From Eledone cirrhosa (Eukaryota), in assembly GCA_964016885.1 (NCBI GenBank), contig OZ024740.1, positions 333,126,001 through 333,190,000 on the forward strand: DNA of 64,000 nucleotides. The letters are read 5' to 3'. The notes under the pieces were generated by a model. It had not been told where the DNA came from, did not search any database, and worked only from the letters and a program-made list of their open reading frames with translations. Shown in pieces: positions 13,580-26,990 of this stretch (positions within the stretch are counted from its first letter, which is position 1; every line of letters starts with the position of its first letter). A program made the translations under genes and the position numbers.

Positions 13580-16260
13580 TTCATTTATTGTCGACAAGGG
13601 CCGACATGTAGGGGACAATGCAAAGAGACGGACAGTGGCATTTACAATAAGCTCGAGTAAAAGTGCACAATGATGAGACTAATTTAAGAATTAAAATATA
13701 AAAATATAAAAAATATTAAATAAACTATGCATAAATATAACAAAATAAATTCCCCAATAAGGGGGTGGCCGACGTCTAGGTCACCCGAGGAGAGCACTCC
13801 TCTCTCATCTTCACATTAACCAGCCTCTAGGTGGAAGGTCAGAGCAGGTCCACTCACACAGGCCATTCTCACCACATTCATCCACCTTTTAGCAAATGAC
13901 ATGGGGCAGCCCTTCTCTCTCCACCCTCACTTTCCTTTCGAGGTGAAACTTGAATAAGTTGATGAGGGATTGTCCGAAGAGAAAAGTGTCTGGCTTAAAT
14001 CCTTTCCACCATACATCTTTTGCAACTGGTCCACCATACATATTTCGCAACTGCCACCAGACAGAGAAAATTTGCCTGCCATTCCTGGCCAAAGGAAAGC
14101 GGCAGGGCGATCTTCACTATGGACTCGGCCGATAGCCGGATCCGTTCTGCACGCGACCACAGTTGTTCGATATAACTCCACAAGTCAGTAATGCACGGAC
14201 ATTGGACAAGTGCGTGCAGAAAGACTTCGTCGGTCTGTGCGCATCTCGGGCAGGTCCGTCTGACAGCACATCCATGCCTGTAGAGATTACCCCCAGATAG
14301 CACTGACAGGTGAGTAATTTCTGGAAGTTCCCCGGCTCGAAGCTCCTACGGAACAGATTGGTCAGTTCGACTTTGTCGAATCACAGAGCCTCTCCTAGTG
14401 CGTCATTGCACTTTCCCACCACTGATCCTCTATAGAACTCGAGGCATGAATTTCCAATGATCGCATTGCCCGCTTGGTAGATGGTAGTGAGTGCCTGGCA
14501 ACATTCCGGATGCCAGTCACCCAGTCCTGGTCTCTTCAGTCAAAGAGACGAAGTGCGAAGGGCCCGTCTGTTAAACGGCGACCACACCTGTTCTCCGCTT
14601 AGGCAGAATATCTGCAGATGTCGCAGCCTCAGCACATGTCGGTGCATCATTAACCACGACATGCCCAGTCTTCCACGTAGATGCTGGCAGCAGATGGACC
14701 ACCTCACCCACGGGACTTGTCCCCTCCACAAGAATTTGAAGTGGAGCCGTTCAAGCTTGGGGACGCGCGGACGGGGGAAGGGCACGACTGCCAGACTGTA
14801 GTAGATGACGGACGTGATATACCCATTCGCCATCTCCACATGACCTTTCAGTGATAGCTTCCTCGCAGACCATTTCTTGGTAAGACTGGCTAACCTGCTC
14901 GTTATTTCGTCCCAATTCTTATCCACCTGGCGGTCTGGTCCGAACCAAACTCCGAGAAACTTTATCAGTCCGTCCACCCAGCGCCCCACGACGCTGTTGG
15001 ACGGCATGGACTTGCCTCTCCAGGTGCCGAGCTGCAAGCCCACCAACTTTTCCCGGTTAAGTTTTGCTTCTGACAACTTTTAATATTCGTACAATAAGGT
15101 CCTGACCACCTCGTTTTTTCCGAGGTGTTCGACACCATCATGGTGATATCGTCCGCATAAGCCGACTCAGCCTTTCCGCTCTCCGTTTCGAACGGGATGC
15201 CCTGCAACAGCTCCTGCTTCCACAGTTAAAGCTTGAGAGTCAATACATATAGAAGGGAAGAGAGAGGGCACACTTGACGGACCGATCGGGAGACCTGAAA
15301 TGGTTTCGAGAGATGGCACTTAACCTTGACCACCATGCAGATGCCGCTGTGCATTGCAGCGATCCAGCTTCTGAAGACTGGGCCGAAACTAGCTGCATCG
15401 AGGACAGCCTGCATGTACCGATGTTCGACCCAATCGAATGCTTTTGATTGATCTAAATTGATCAGTGCCCACACCGAAACCAGGTTTACTCCCGCACTCT
15501 CCCTATGATGTTTTGCATGAGGTGGAGGTTGTCATTTATGGACCTAGTTTGGATTGTGCATGTTTGCCCCTACCCAACCAAATCCTCGAGGACAAGTGCC
15601 AACCTCTTTGCTAACACCTTGAACAAAATCTGAAACTGTGTGTTGAGCAGCATTATGGACCTGAAGTTGTTTAATGTATCCCCCGTGTCCTCGTCTTTCT
15701 TTAATAGCGTCACCACTGCCCTGCTTACATAACTCGCTATACTCCCATTCTGCTGCCAATTGCAGTAGAGCGTTTCGAGTATATCGGCAACACGTCTTGT
15801 ATATTTACGTAAAGCTAGTAGGGCAGGCCATCCAACCCAGGTGACTTTTACCGACAAGGGCGTCAGGAATTTCGGCTGAAATAATCGGCCTTTCGCAGCG
15901 CTCAGCGTCGACCGTCAAGATGCGCGGCAAGCCGCGAAGGTAGAGACTGAAGTCCACTAATGTCTCTGACGAACCACTCTCTCCGAACAACCGAGTAAAT
16001 TTCTGGCGATAGGCCTCACACATCCGCTTGGAATCGCTCACCTCGCTACCGTCTCGGTCCGTCGAAGACCGAACTGTGGATTTGTTACCACGCTGCACCT
16101 CCGCCATGCGGGCCCATTGAACAGATTTGGTTCCCTCATTTCTCAGGGCACGCGCCTCTGACAATGCAAAATTCGTGTTTCACATTGAAGAAATAGTATA
16201 ATCTCATTCTCGCCGCTAGCACGTCCGTTAAAATGCCACTACAAATCATTTTTCTATTTT
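13580..16260 (-). mobile_element. 5'-truncated, decayed Tx1-like LINE ORF2 (RT + C-terminal CCHC)
   Basis: LDQSKAFDWVEHRY, SVRQVCPLSSLLY, SAYADD, KFLGVWFG, CPRCAQTDEVFLHALVQC; collinear with the 29-35 kb element; AATAAA then (ATCATT)n at the 3' end. Confidence 0.92.
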
Positions 16261-16287
16261 AGTAATACTTGTTTCTGCCACTACAAA

Positions 16288-16475
16288 TAATTGTTTCTAC
16301 TTTTGGCACAAGGCCACCAATTAATCAGTGCATTACTGATACTTTATTTTATCGACCCCGTAAGGATGAAAGGCAAAGTTAGCCTCGGCGGGATTTGAAC
16401 TCAGAATGGCAAGGGCCGTAACTCTATACGTCAAAGCATGGCATCCGACCTTCTACCGATACTGCCAACCCACCT
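16288..16475 (-). mobile_element. tRNA-derived SINE, near full length
   Basis: Reverse strand has A box TGGCAGTATCGG, B box GAGTTCAAATCC and core gcctttcatccttacggggtcgataaaataaagta. Confidence 0.9.
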
Positions 16476-17686
16476 ACAAGCAATGATAATAAGAAGGAAG
16501 GTGCAGTGAGGAGGATGATACAGATGGGTAATTAGGATTGGGGTATTTTGAAAAGTGTTATCTTAATGGAGTTTACCCATTGATGGTGATGTTTGCCATA
16601 TAGGGTGCTGTGTGTGAGAATGTGTGTCTATAAAGAAGGAATAATTAATCGCTGAGGGAGTGTTGGCTATTCTTGCGTCCGATTGGTGACAAGTTCATGA
16701 TTTTTCTTACCGATGATAGGTGTAGGGAGCTTTCACCCGTACGTGGTTAAACGTTAATCGTGGTAAAGAGCTGTAAAAGTGGTTCGCTGGCGCCAGTATT
16801 GTAGATGTTTTAAATCTGGGGAGTTGTGTCGTTTATCTGGATAATGAGGTTGCTGGATCGCATCGATTTCCGGCCGATCTACCTTATTTTTCAGTCATTT
16901 ACTATATATATATATATATATATATCTAAACGGAAAAAATGAAACGAAATCTCATTTCCCACTCTTAGTACGGCTGTTACTTAAATATAAGTATGTACAC
17001 GTACATACATATATGTATACAGACGTACAGTAGTATGTATATATATATATATCCATACATGCACTCATATATATATATGTACGTATGGATTCACCGAACA
17101 TTTATGATAATGCTCGGTGTGTTTGTAAACAAACATCCCTTATTAAGCCGTAGTGTCCAGTAGCCATCGTTGCTCGTTTGTTCAACACTGACAATGGAAC
17201 GCTTTACTAGTTTCAAGTTTATTACCTATCGTAAGCAACGTATACCTACCTGCCAGATTTTTGAACGTATATACTTACCTTATGCAGATTGACGGCTGAG
17301 TAGCCCAATTTGCATATCGACTGGGTTAATCAGCCGGGTGTATATATATATACATACATGCACACTTATATATATATGTACGTATGGACAATAAATGGAT
17401 AATAAATGTTCCGTGAATCCATACGTACATATATGTATATGTGTGCATGTGTGTATATATATATACATACAACTGTACGTCTGTATACACATATGTATGT
17501 ACGTGTATATACTTATATTTAAGTAACAGCCGTACTAAGAGTGGGAAATGAAATTTCGTTTCATTTTTCCGTTAATCGTTTTCGGTCCACCCAGCCGATT
17601 AACCCACTCGATATACAAATTGGGCTACTCAGTCGTTAATATGCATAAGGTAAGTATATAGGTTCAACAATCTGGCAGGAAGGTAT

Positions 17687-17729
17687 ACGTTGCTGACGAT
17701 AGCTAATAGGCTTGAAACTAGTACAACGT
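17687..17729 (+). ncRNA. Minimal type I hammerhead ribozyme (best copy in the array)
   Basis: ACGTTG-CTGACGA-T-AGCT-AATA-GGCT-T-GAAA-CTAG-TA^CAACGT; 6-bp stem I, palindromic ACTAGT stem III, GUA triplet. Confidence 0.88.
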
Positions 17730-18120
17730 TCCTTTGTCAGTGTTGAACAAACGAGCAACGAGGGTTGCTGGACACTACGGCTTAATACGTGATGTTTGTT
17801 TACAAACACACCGAGCATTATAATAAATGTTCGGTGAATCTATACGTACATATATATATGTGTGCATGTATGTATATATATATATATATATATACATACA
17901 TACTACTGTACGTCTGTATACATATATGTATGTACGTGTACATACTTATATTTAAGTAACAGCCGTACTATGAGTGGGAAATGAAATTTCGTTTCATTTT
18001 TTCCGTTTATCGTTTTCGGTCCACCCAGCCGATTAACTCACTCGATATGCAAATTGGGCTACTCAGTCGTTAATATGCATAAGGTAAGTATATACGTTCA
18101 ACAATCTGGCAGGAAGGTAT

Positions 18121-18163
18121 ACGTTGCTGACGATAGCTAATAAGCTTGAAACTAGCACAGCGT
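18121..18163 (+). ncRNA. HHR copy 2 with mutated cleavage triplet (GCA)
   Basis: acgttg CTGACGA tagctaataagctt GAAA ctagca cagcgt. Confidence 0.7.
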
Positions 18164-18551
18164 TCCTTTGTCAGTGTTGAACAAACGAGCAACGATGGTT
18201 GCTGGACACTACGGCTTAATACGGGATGTTTGTTTAAAAACACACCGAGTATTATAATAAATGTTCGGTGAATCCATACGTACATATATATATATGTGTG
18301 TGCATGTATATATATATATATATATACATACTACTGTACGTCTGTATACATATATGTATGTACGTGTACATACTTATATTTAAGTAACAGCCGTACTAAG
18401 AGTGGGAATGAAATTTCGTTTCATTTTTTCCGTTTATCGTTTTCGGTGCACCCATTCGATTGATTAACCCACTCGATATACAAATTTGGCTACTCAGCCA
18501 TTAATATGCATAAGGTAAGTATATACGTTCAACAATCTGCCAGTAAGGTAT

Positions 18552-18594
18552 ACGTTGCTGACGATAGCTAATAAGCTTGAAACTAGCACAGCGT
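18552..18594 (+). ncRNA. HHR copy 3 with mutated cleavage triplet (GCA)
   Basis: Identical to copy 2 across the motif. Confidence 0.7.
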
Positions 18595-18986
18595 TCCTTT
18601 GTCAGTGTTGAACAAACGAGCAACGATGGTTGCTGGACACTACGGCTTAATACGGGATGTTTGTTTAAAAACACACCGAGTATTATAATAAATGTTCGGT
18701 GAATCCATACGTACATATATATATATGTGTGTGCATGTATATATATATATATATATATATACATACTACTGTACGTCTGTATACATATATGTATGTACGT
18801 GTACATACTTATATTTAAGTAACAGCCGTACTAAGAGTGGGAATGAAATTTCGTTTCATTTTTTCCGTTTATCGTTTTCGGTGCACCCATTCGATTGATT
18901 AACCCACTCGATATACAAATTTGGCTACTCAGCCATTAATATGCATAAGGTAAGTATATACGTTCAACAATCTGCCAGTAAGGTAT

Positions 18987-19029
18987 ACGTTGCTGACGAT
19001 AGCTAATAAGCTTGAAACTAGTACAGCTT
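18987..19029 (+). ncRNA. HHR copy 4 (GUA triplet intact)
   Basis: acgttg CTGACGA tagctaataagctt GAAA ctagta cagctt. Confidence 0.78.
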
Positions 19030-19410
19030 TCCTTTGTCAGTGTTGAACAAATGAGCAACGATGGTTGCTGGACACTACGGCTTAATACGGGATGTTTGTT
19101 TAAAAACACACCGAGCATTATAATAAATGTTCGGTGAATCCATACGTACATATATGTATGTGTGCATGTATGTATATATATATACATACTACTGTACGTC
19201 TGTATACATATATGTATTTACGTGTACATACTTATATTTAAGTAACAGCAGTACTAAGAGTGGGAAATGAAATTTCGTTTCATTTTTTCCGTTTATCATT
19301 TTCGGTGCACCCATTCGATTGATTAACCCACTCGATATGCAAATTGGGCTACTCAGCCGTTAATATGCTTAAGGTAAGTATATACGTTCAACAATCTAGC
19401 AGGAAGGTAT

Positions 19411-19453
19411 ACGTTTCTGACGATAGCTAATAAGCTTGAAACTAGTACAGCGT
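19411..19453 (+). ncRNA. HHR copy 5 (GUA intact, stem I mismatch next to core)
   Basis: acgttt CTGACGA tagctaataagctt GAAA ctagta cagcgt. Confidence 0.72.
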
Positions 19454-19654
19454 TCCTTTGTCAGTGTTGAACAAATGAGCAACGATGGTTGCTGGACACT
19501 ACGGCTTAATACGGGATGTTTGTTTACAAACACACCGAGCATTATAATAAATGTTCGGTGAATCCATACGTACATATATGTATGTGTGCATGTATGTATA
19601 TATATATACTACTGTACGTCTGTATACATATTTGTATGTACGTGTACATACTTA

Positions 19655-19734
<80 letters not shown>

Positions 19735-21544
19735 CTGTGTGTGTGTGCATATATATATTTATATATATTGTTGCTAAGATGTGACGATAGCATGGTCAAC
19801 TGGATATACCCTCCTCATAACGTTGCCACTCAGCACCACTCTACAGACGTGGCAGGTGTAAGGAAGAGTATGCAGCTGCCTTAAAATCTCAGCCAACATA
19901 CAATCTCGAAAAGTGCCAGACATGTCTCATAACAGGACCCCCTATTTCACACAGAGAACACAAGGTAATCTAACCTATGCACAAATCGATGGCCTGGTCG
20001 TTGTGGTGTTCCTGATATCAGTAGCAACTGCTGCAATACCATAGTTTCCTCTCCTTCAAGATCACATGAAAATTGATGTATAATCGGGAGAAGTTGTTAT
20101 ATACCCATCATCCACATGACAACGTGTCATATATCCATTATCCACATGACAACATCTTTCGTTTCTGATATTATATGAGAAGTATTATCGGTGTAAATAC
20201 GTTGTAGCCATGTACAATTTGAAAAATAAGGAAAGCATAGTAAATTACAAGTGTTCCTGAAATGCATTTATGTTGAAGAATATAGTAGTGACATGAAATG
20301 ACATAAAACCTCTGCTTTATGATGAAGCATTTCGTTTTAAATAAGCTTTAACGAACATCACTGCTTTACACAATCGCTTTAAATCGTAAACAGTAAATAG
20401 ATGACAATTAATTAAGCAAGTGCCATATTACATAACTGAATATTACGTATAACTTTAACGATAAGATAGTTATTACTGAAATGTACTGGAGAATAGTTCT
20501 ATGGGTTTAGAGCTCAACAATCACAATCACAACATCTCTATCCTGAATATTTGAGTCCGAAAATCATATAAATACAAAGCCCATTCAATCAAGTAAGCAA
20601 TGAGAAAAATGCAATTTGTTCATCAAAGAAGTGGAAAAAGATGATGCGAAACGGAAACTTAGGAATATGTAAAGCGGAACTCTGTATGTTGAATACGCTT
20701 CTGTTTCCAAGTCGTATTGAAAAAGCATCTATATACGGAGCTTTCAGTAAGAACCAATATCATTAAACATGTTGTACGTGTCATACTGACTGAGCTATTG
20801 GGGATTCAAAATTTTGTGTGAAGCGGCAAGATTAACCTTATTTCCATTGGATGTATAAACGGGATGACAGGTGCATGTAGCTGAATGCAAATTTCATTAA
20901 GAAGTTGATTTTGGAGGGGGAGATAAAGAGAAAGAATGTGAAAACGAAATAGAGTAAGATTACACAGAAGCATTCTTTCTTTATGAGGATTTCAAATACA
21001 CAAAAAGAAACTCACAATTGATTGACTAGAGGAAGGTGTACATTGTTATGCATTAAAGTTGTAAATAGATATAAAATTACACTTGTTGCAATACTGCAGG
21101 CTATAATCATGTGCATCACGGAAGATACGTCTCTTTGCTGCAGAAGCGCTTGGTATACAGATCACAATAAAAAAATGATCCGTGACCTGATGTGCAGTAA
21201 TTTCATAGATGCTGAGTTTCTGTCATTAATTTATCAAGTCTACCAGTAATGCACCGGGTATTTGCTGGCCTTGTGCCTAAATTAGAAACAATTAATTTAT
21301 CAAGTCTACCAATTGAACTGAAGAAACCAATGCAGAAACTTGGTAGCATGTTCTCAGATTCCGTTCTCTATTCTGTTATACTTATTCCCCAATTCATTGA
21401 ATCACAACGACATGTGTACTACATTAATGCGAAGTTATGTCAAATTATTAATATAATTATTCTTAACTTCCACATTATTTATTGATTGCTATTTCCGTCA
21501 TTTGCACCCACAGTTATATATACAAGTATATAAATATATATATA

Positions 21545-21852
<308 letters not shown>

Positions 21853-21876
21853 CATTATATATATATATATATATAT

Positions 21877-21990
21877 ATTGTTTCTACTTTTGACACAAGG
21901 CCAGCAATTATGCCAGTGTATTTATTACTGGTACTTTATTTTAACGAGCCCGTAAGGATGAATGGCAAAATTAACCTCGGCGGGATTTGA
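21877..21990 (-). mobile_element. SINE 3' half
   Basis: ttgtttctacttttgacacaaggccagcaatt...ctggtactttatttt...ccgtaaggatgaatggcaaa...cctcggcgggatttga. Confidence 0.8.
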
Positions 21991-22749
21991 TATATGAATA
22001 TGTGTGTGTGTGTGTGTTGGTGTGTGTGTTTTACTAATTAATCTATTTATGGGAATACGCAGTCTTTCAACTATCTCAAAATTTAATGTTTGTTTCTCTA
22101 GAGCCCTTCTAAATCTGTAAGCTACTTCGATTCTGGGTGTTGCATTGACGAACATTATACTCTGGTATTTATTGCTACCAGTTGATATTGTTGATCTTTT
22201 TCTTAATTCTTTCTATCTTATTCCAAAATGTGTTTCTATATGGGGCAAGTCTAATTCGCATCATTTTCTACAATCTTTTCCCATTTCGTCCTGGTTCCTT
22301 TATATCTCCTGACCCTGGCGCGCCTTTGTGTACGTTTGTGTGTGTGTGTGGTTGTTTATATGTGAGTAGGGGCGAGTTGTTTTTCGCAGAATGACCAGGT
22401 CTGACGTGTAGATCAGGAGATATACAGCTCAATCACAGCCATAGGTACATGCAACCAATCATATCCGATACATCCGTAACGATCGATAATGAATCAAATC
22501 GTTCGAACTGAAACTTCCTAATATTAAACTTAGCACATCTTCTCTGCAATAGAAACGAATGCTCACATTAGTGCAAGCTCCAGTATTAAACAAAATTAAT
22601 GTATTGCCTAAACTATATATATATAATATATGTAGATACTCACCCACACACAGACACACATATGCATACACACATATATGTACATCTATATATAGAAACT
22701 TATATATACTTATATATACATTCACACAGAATCCTATATATATATATAA

Positions 22750-22936
22750 CGAAGGAATTGTGGTAAGCAGCCTGAAGGACGATAACGCACCAGTGTATTC
22801 AATACTTAGGGTAGTAGAGTGGGTAATAGGAAAAAAGTATGACTCCGACGGCAGAGCTCAAGCTGTTTCGACGGCTATTTCTGAAATAGCCGTCGAAATG
22901 CCTTATGCTCTGCCGTCGGGGTCATACTTTTTCCTA
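22750..22936 (+). repeat. Palindromic mini-element, copy 2
   Basis: Same unique arm (aaggaattgtggtaag...gggtagtagagtggg) and same hairpin as copy 1. Confidence 0.88.
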
Positions 22937-22952
22937 AATATATATAAATATA

Positions 22953-23027
22953 TACAGCTTTCCCTAAAAAAATGCATACACATTCAAAGAGAATTCTAAT
23001 AAACGTATGTATACATTTTTGGCGGAC

Positions 23028-23032
<5 letters not shown>
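22953..23032. mobile_element. Possible tiny Tc1/mariner-type MITE remnant
   Basis: Right end tgtatacatttttggcggacacccta resembles a CAGGGTGTCC-type TIR; degenerate left counterpart tacagctttccctaaaaaaatgcataca; TA flanks. Confidence 0.35.
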
Positions 23033-23086
<54 letters not shown>

Positions 23087-26000
23087 TTACATATATTTAT
23101 ATATAAATGTGTGTGAGTGTGTGTGTATGTGTGTGTGTAAATGTGAGAGTGTGTGTATGAATTCATGTTCAATAACGATTTTAAGGCTATTGTGTGATTT
23201 AGAGATGATATCATTTATATTGTCCTATGCATATGTCATAATGCAATAGTAGTAATTAGATTTTTAAATCTACTGCCAATTGTGTGCTGTTGTAAGATTG
23301 GCAATGTAGATAGCATTTTCTTTGCGTATACGTTAAACAACATCTTACATACCGAAATACTCCTCTTGCATGTAGTTTTACTGTGAATTATTGATTTATT
23401 TGACTGTATGAAAAGGCCATTTTTTTTCAGAACTAGAACATTGACAAATGAATAGTGCAACCGTTTTCCTTCTGCTTATTTGGGGGAAAATGAACTATAA
23501 AAAAATTGAATTTTGATATATAGTAAATGGAGGAATTCGACTGCCAAAACATTATTTGGTATATTTCTGGTGAAAATATTCTATCCAGCGAATCTCTAAT
23601 CATTTTGATATTATTGTTTAGCCCCCAAATATATGATTCAATCTTTGACCAACAAATTTCTGCGTAAAAAATGAATAATAAATTTTAAAAAAAGAAAGAA
23701 AAACATGATAATACATTACATCCTATTTTAAGGATTTCGAGGCGCCTTGTGGAAAACACAATTTTGGCTCCTCCATATTTATTAAGTTTTAACTATATCC
23801 AAGAGTGTGTCTTTCTCTGTTAATATGTTTTTTTTATTTTACAGTGTTGGGAGGCACACTGGGTGGAGTACTGCACAATATAATCAAGTTTTTAGGTACA
23901 TTTCCACATCATTTATGTACAGTTAATCTATTTTTGAACGGTATTCCATTTTTTCACTCTTTCTGATTCAACAAACTGAGCAAATTTTGTACATTTACTC
24001 GCCTTTGATTACCCATAAAATGTTTGTTTTTAGATGTTCATTACTTAATATATTTATGTTTCTCAGTGTCCAAATTCATTTGGGGTCAGATTTGAATTTA
24101 TTAACATTTGTAGTAAATACTCAAGTAACTTTAACCAGATATACCTTCCAATAAAATATGTGGTATTGAGCCTAGTTACAATAAGAGTATTATAAATAGT
24201 AATGTTATGTATCTTATACTTCGGTTAAGGAAAAATGTATCGTGAGCGCCCTGGGAATAATCAGAAGTATACATCCATTGAGTCTGAATCGCATCTCTTT
24301 TTTATCAGCCTCAAATACTCCATATCGAGTGGGGTGGCCGATCCGGATGTTAAATCTGTTGTCCTGTATGTGGGTAGACACGAAGAAACTCTTTTAAGTG
24401 TTACATCGTTTTGACCCACTATTTTCTCAAGACTTCTAAAAAAGATCTCTTCATGTGAGCAGTGAAACTAAATTAATTTAGGTTCATCGGAAAAATGTAT
24501 AGGAAGTTATGATATAAATGGGAGCATAACATGTTAAATTACCATCTCGGAAAATGACAACTATGTGTTAAGTAGCACCAGTTTTTTTGAAACGTATAAA
24601 TCTGATATTTGACAAACTGTACCGTGCCATACATATCTATAATGATCGACAGTATAAATCGCTGACAGCTTTCTCTAACAGACTTTGGAGAAAACACGAC
24701 TTAATTTCTGTTTAATAAACCTGACGAAGATAGACTGAGAAGCAATTATGAAAGATGAACCGGTCTTTCTCAGAAATGTATACTTACATATACTACATTG
24801 GGGAGTCAGTTAGGTATAGTAAAATAAGATATGCGAACAAATCCTTCAGCTACATATTTGGGTAGCACAGGAATCGGTTGATTGGGCTACGGCGTGAAAT
24901 GATAATAAGCGCTACCTTTGTGAATGAATATAATTGTAAGTGAAACAACGTTAGAATAGAAACCACAAAAAGAAAAAAATATTGAGTTGTATGATCAGGT
25001 TAATCTGTGATACGTGCGATTGCAGGACTAGTCATAGGTGGCTGTTCCTCTACTGGGACTATAGAATTTCATCTTATGTATGTAATGTTGTTTATTTTCC
25101 CCAGCCTCATATTCGTTGTAAATATTTTGACTCCAACTAATTGAAAATATATTTTCTTTACGACTAACACACACAAGATATTTTGTAAACAATGGAGTAT
25201 GAATAACAACACAAAAACAGCTTAACCATGAAACGATAGACACTTGAAGCAACATAAATGAATGAAATATTTCTTTATCTCAAGAAAGACATGAAAAAAT
25301 GGCAGCAGAAATAATGACATTATTAACGATTATGACAGCATACACACACACATACACACAGGCATTTGCACACTCACACACAAGCGTCACTGAGTGAATG
25401 TGCTGTCAAATTAAGAAATACTTTTAGTTTCTAACGTTTGTCGTAACAAAAAACGGATATGAATCAATTACTAGAGAGAATATCAATTTGAAAGGCTTGT
25501 GTATTGAAGGAATACATTACTTTTACTAACGATATTATTGATGAGCAAGATGAGAAATGAATAACATATTTACTATCCTATAGAGAATGCCGTGCCCTTC
25601 CATCAATTAAGCCATATATACACGTTGTGATAAACAAAGTTTACAGCAATATTACATCATTGCTCAAAGTCGCTATGTGCAAAAGTTTCAAAAAGGAGGA
25701 CTATGCAAGCAAGCCAACTTATTACGTTCGATATACAACTACCCAATATTTTGAGCCAAATTCTTCTGGAAACGATGAAAGGCGTCGATATAGGTCACAG
25801 TTTTCTCTTTATAAACTTTGTTGCACAGTATAGACAGATATTAAAGGCTGCAAACAAAATAAATATATATTGTCGGATAGAAATGTAATGGTCACAAAGG
25901 CCACAAAAGCCACAAGTCTAATCCCAAACTTTTCTAAGCGAGGCACATCCATGTCAGCCAACAACGTTTTGAAGTAATAGACCGACAAACCTGTAAAGCT

Positions 26001-26904
26001 ATGGTTTCTGGTTTACATTCAGGTGTATAGAATCTGGGAATGCTTAATGATATTCAGTCTTGTCCAGAAATGCGCCGCAAAGGAAGTATTCCTGCAAAAA
26101 TCGAGAAAGATTTATTAAATCAGGACTTTGCCTCTGTCATACATTTCTGCCTGTCTCAGATCTCGTCTCACCCAGATTATGTTCACCTTTGTAGAAGAGA
26201 TGTGTCTAGGTGTTTGCAAAGCTCGTTGAGCTAGACAAGACATGAGTATTGTTCTGTAGGCATACATTGAGGCTACATCATTTGCAAATGTTCTGAGAAG
26301 GTGAAAGGCTGTGATCGTTAATTATCATATACGTCTTTCCTGAGTTCATCGCTTTGACTGAGTTGCTGTCTTATATCAAGACAAGACGAACAGTGGGCAC
26401 CTGTCATCACGAATGTTACCAGCTGCCCAAAGCGCTCTAGTAGCTTCGTAATACGGTCAATAGTAATTCAAAATTAGCGGTGTTCCAAGCAATACTGGTC
26501 GACAATAACGACGAAATTCTCACGAAAAATATACTCGTTCTCTAAAACTACATGCTAGTCTGTTTCTAAAAACATCTGACTCGAATTTTACGGATAGGTT
26601 CCAGTAAAATCTGATTCGAGATAAACTCTTCAGACCCAAAAGTGCTGTCACATACGCCTGCCAAAGATGCGCATAGATTTATGAAACCGTTCTGCACGCA
26701 CGAGTCTTTTGTGCTTGTATTGGTAACTTATGAATTGCTTTTGAACAGCTGCTGTCACGTGTATGTAGATTCTGTTTGTCTGTCGTCTCCACCATAATGA
26801 CCTGCCGTTGCCTATTTTTAACGGAGAAATACCGGGAGGTCCCCTATATTTGGTGACTATGACGAAATATATGTTGAGTATTGACGACACTGAAAGCATG
26901 GAAT

Positions 26905-26990
26905 ATAGATTCATTCTTCTTTGTCCAAGCCCTCATCGATTTTTTAAAGTTCCATTTGGAAAGTAAGGTGAGGATGGAAGGGGACGCCCT
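26905..26990 (+). mobile_element. Short Tx1-like ORF2 C-terminal fragment
   Basis: DSFFFVQALIDFLKFHLESKVRMEGDAL vs DTFLFGQSLINLFKFHLERKVRVEREGL at 13.9 kb. Confidence 0.7.

Larger units (their letters stand above)
16927..19657. repeat. Tandem array of ~430-bp HHR-containing monomers (retrozyme-like); one inverted monomer (16927-17340) then ~5.3 plus-strand monomers (17400-19657)
   Basis: CTGACGA cores at 17693, 18127, 18558, 18993 and 19417 (spacing 434/431/435/424); monomers near-identical except for an internal (AT)n. Confidence 0.93.

Noticed and set aside
17636-19187. Repeated 60-100 aa minus-strand ORFs (…SRSVQQPSLLVCSTLTKE…)
   Set aside because: Antisense reading of the HHR repeat; starts vary, the inverted copy has a stop, and no domain is recognisable
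16927-19657. CRISPR-like periodic array
   Set aside because: Whole ~430-bp units repeat with no unique spacers; eukaryotic context and no cas genes
24721-24786. CTGACGA-agatagact...ggtctttct-ca-GAAA motif
   Set aside because: Extra bases before GAAA and no stem I or clear NUH site; may be chance or very decayed
25980-26860. Moderately GC-richer stretch with short ORFs
   Set aside because: No identifiable domain in any frame; left unannotated
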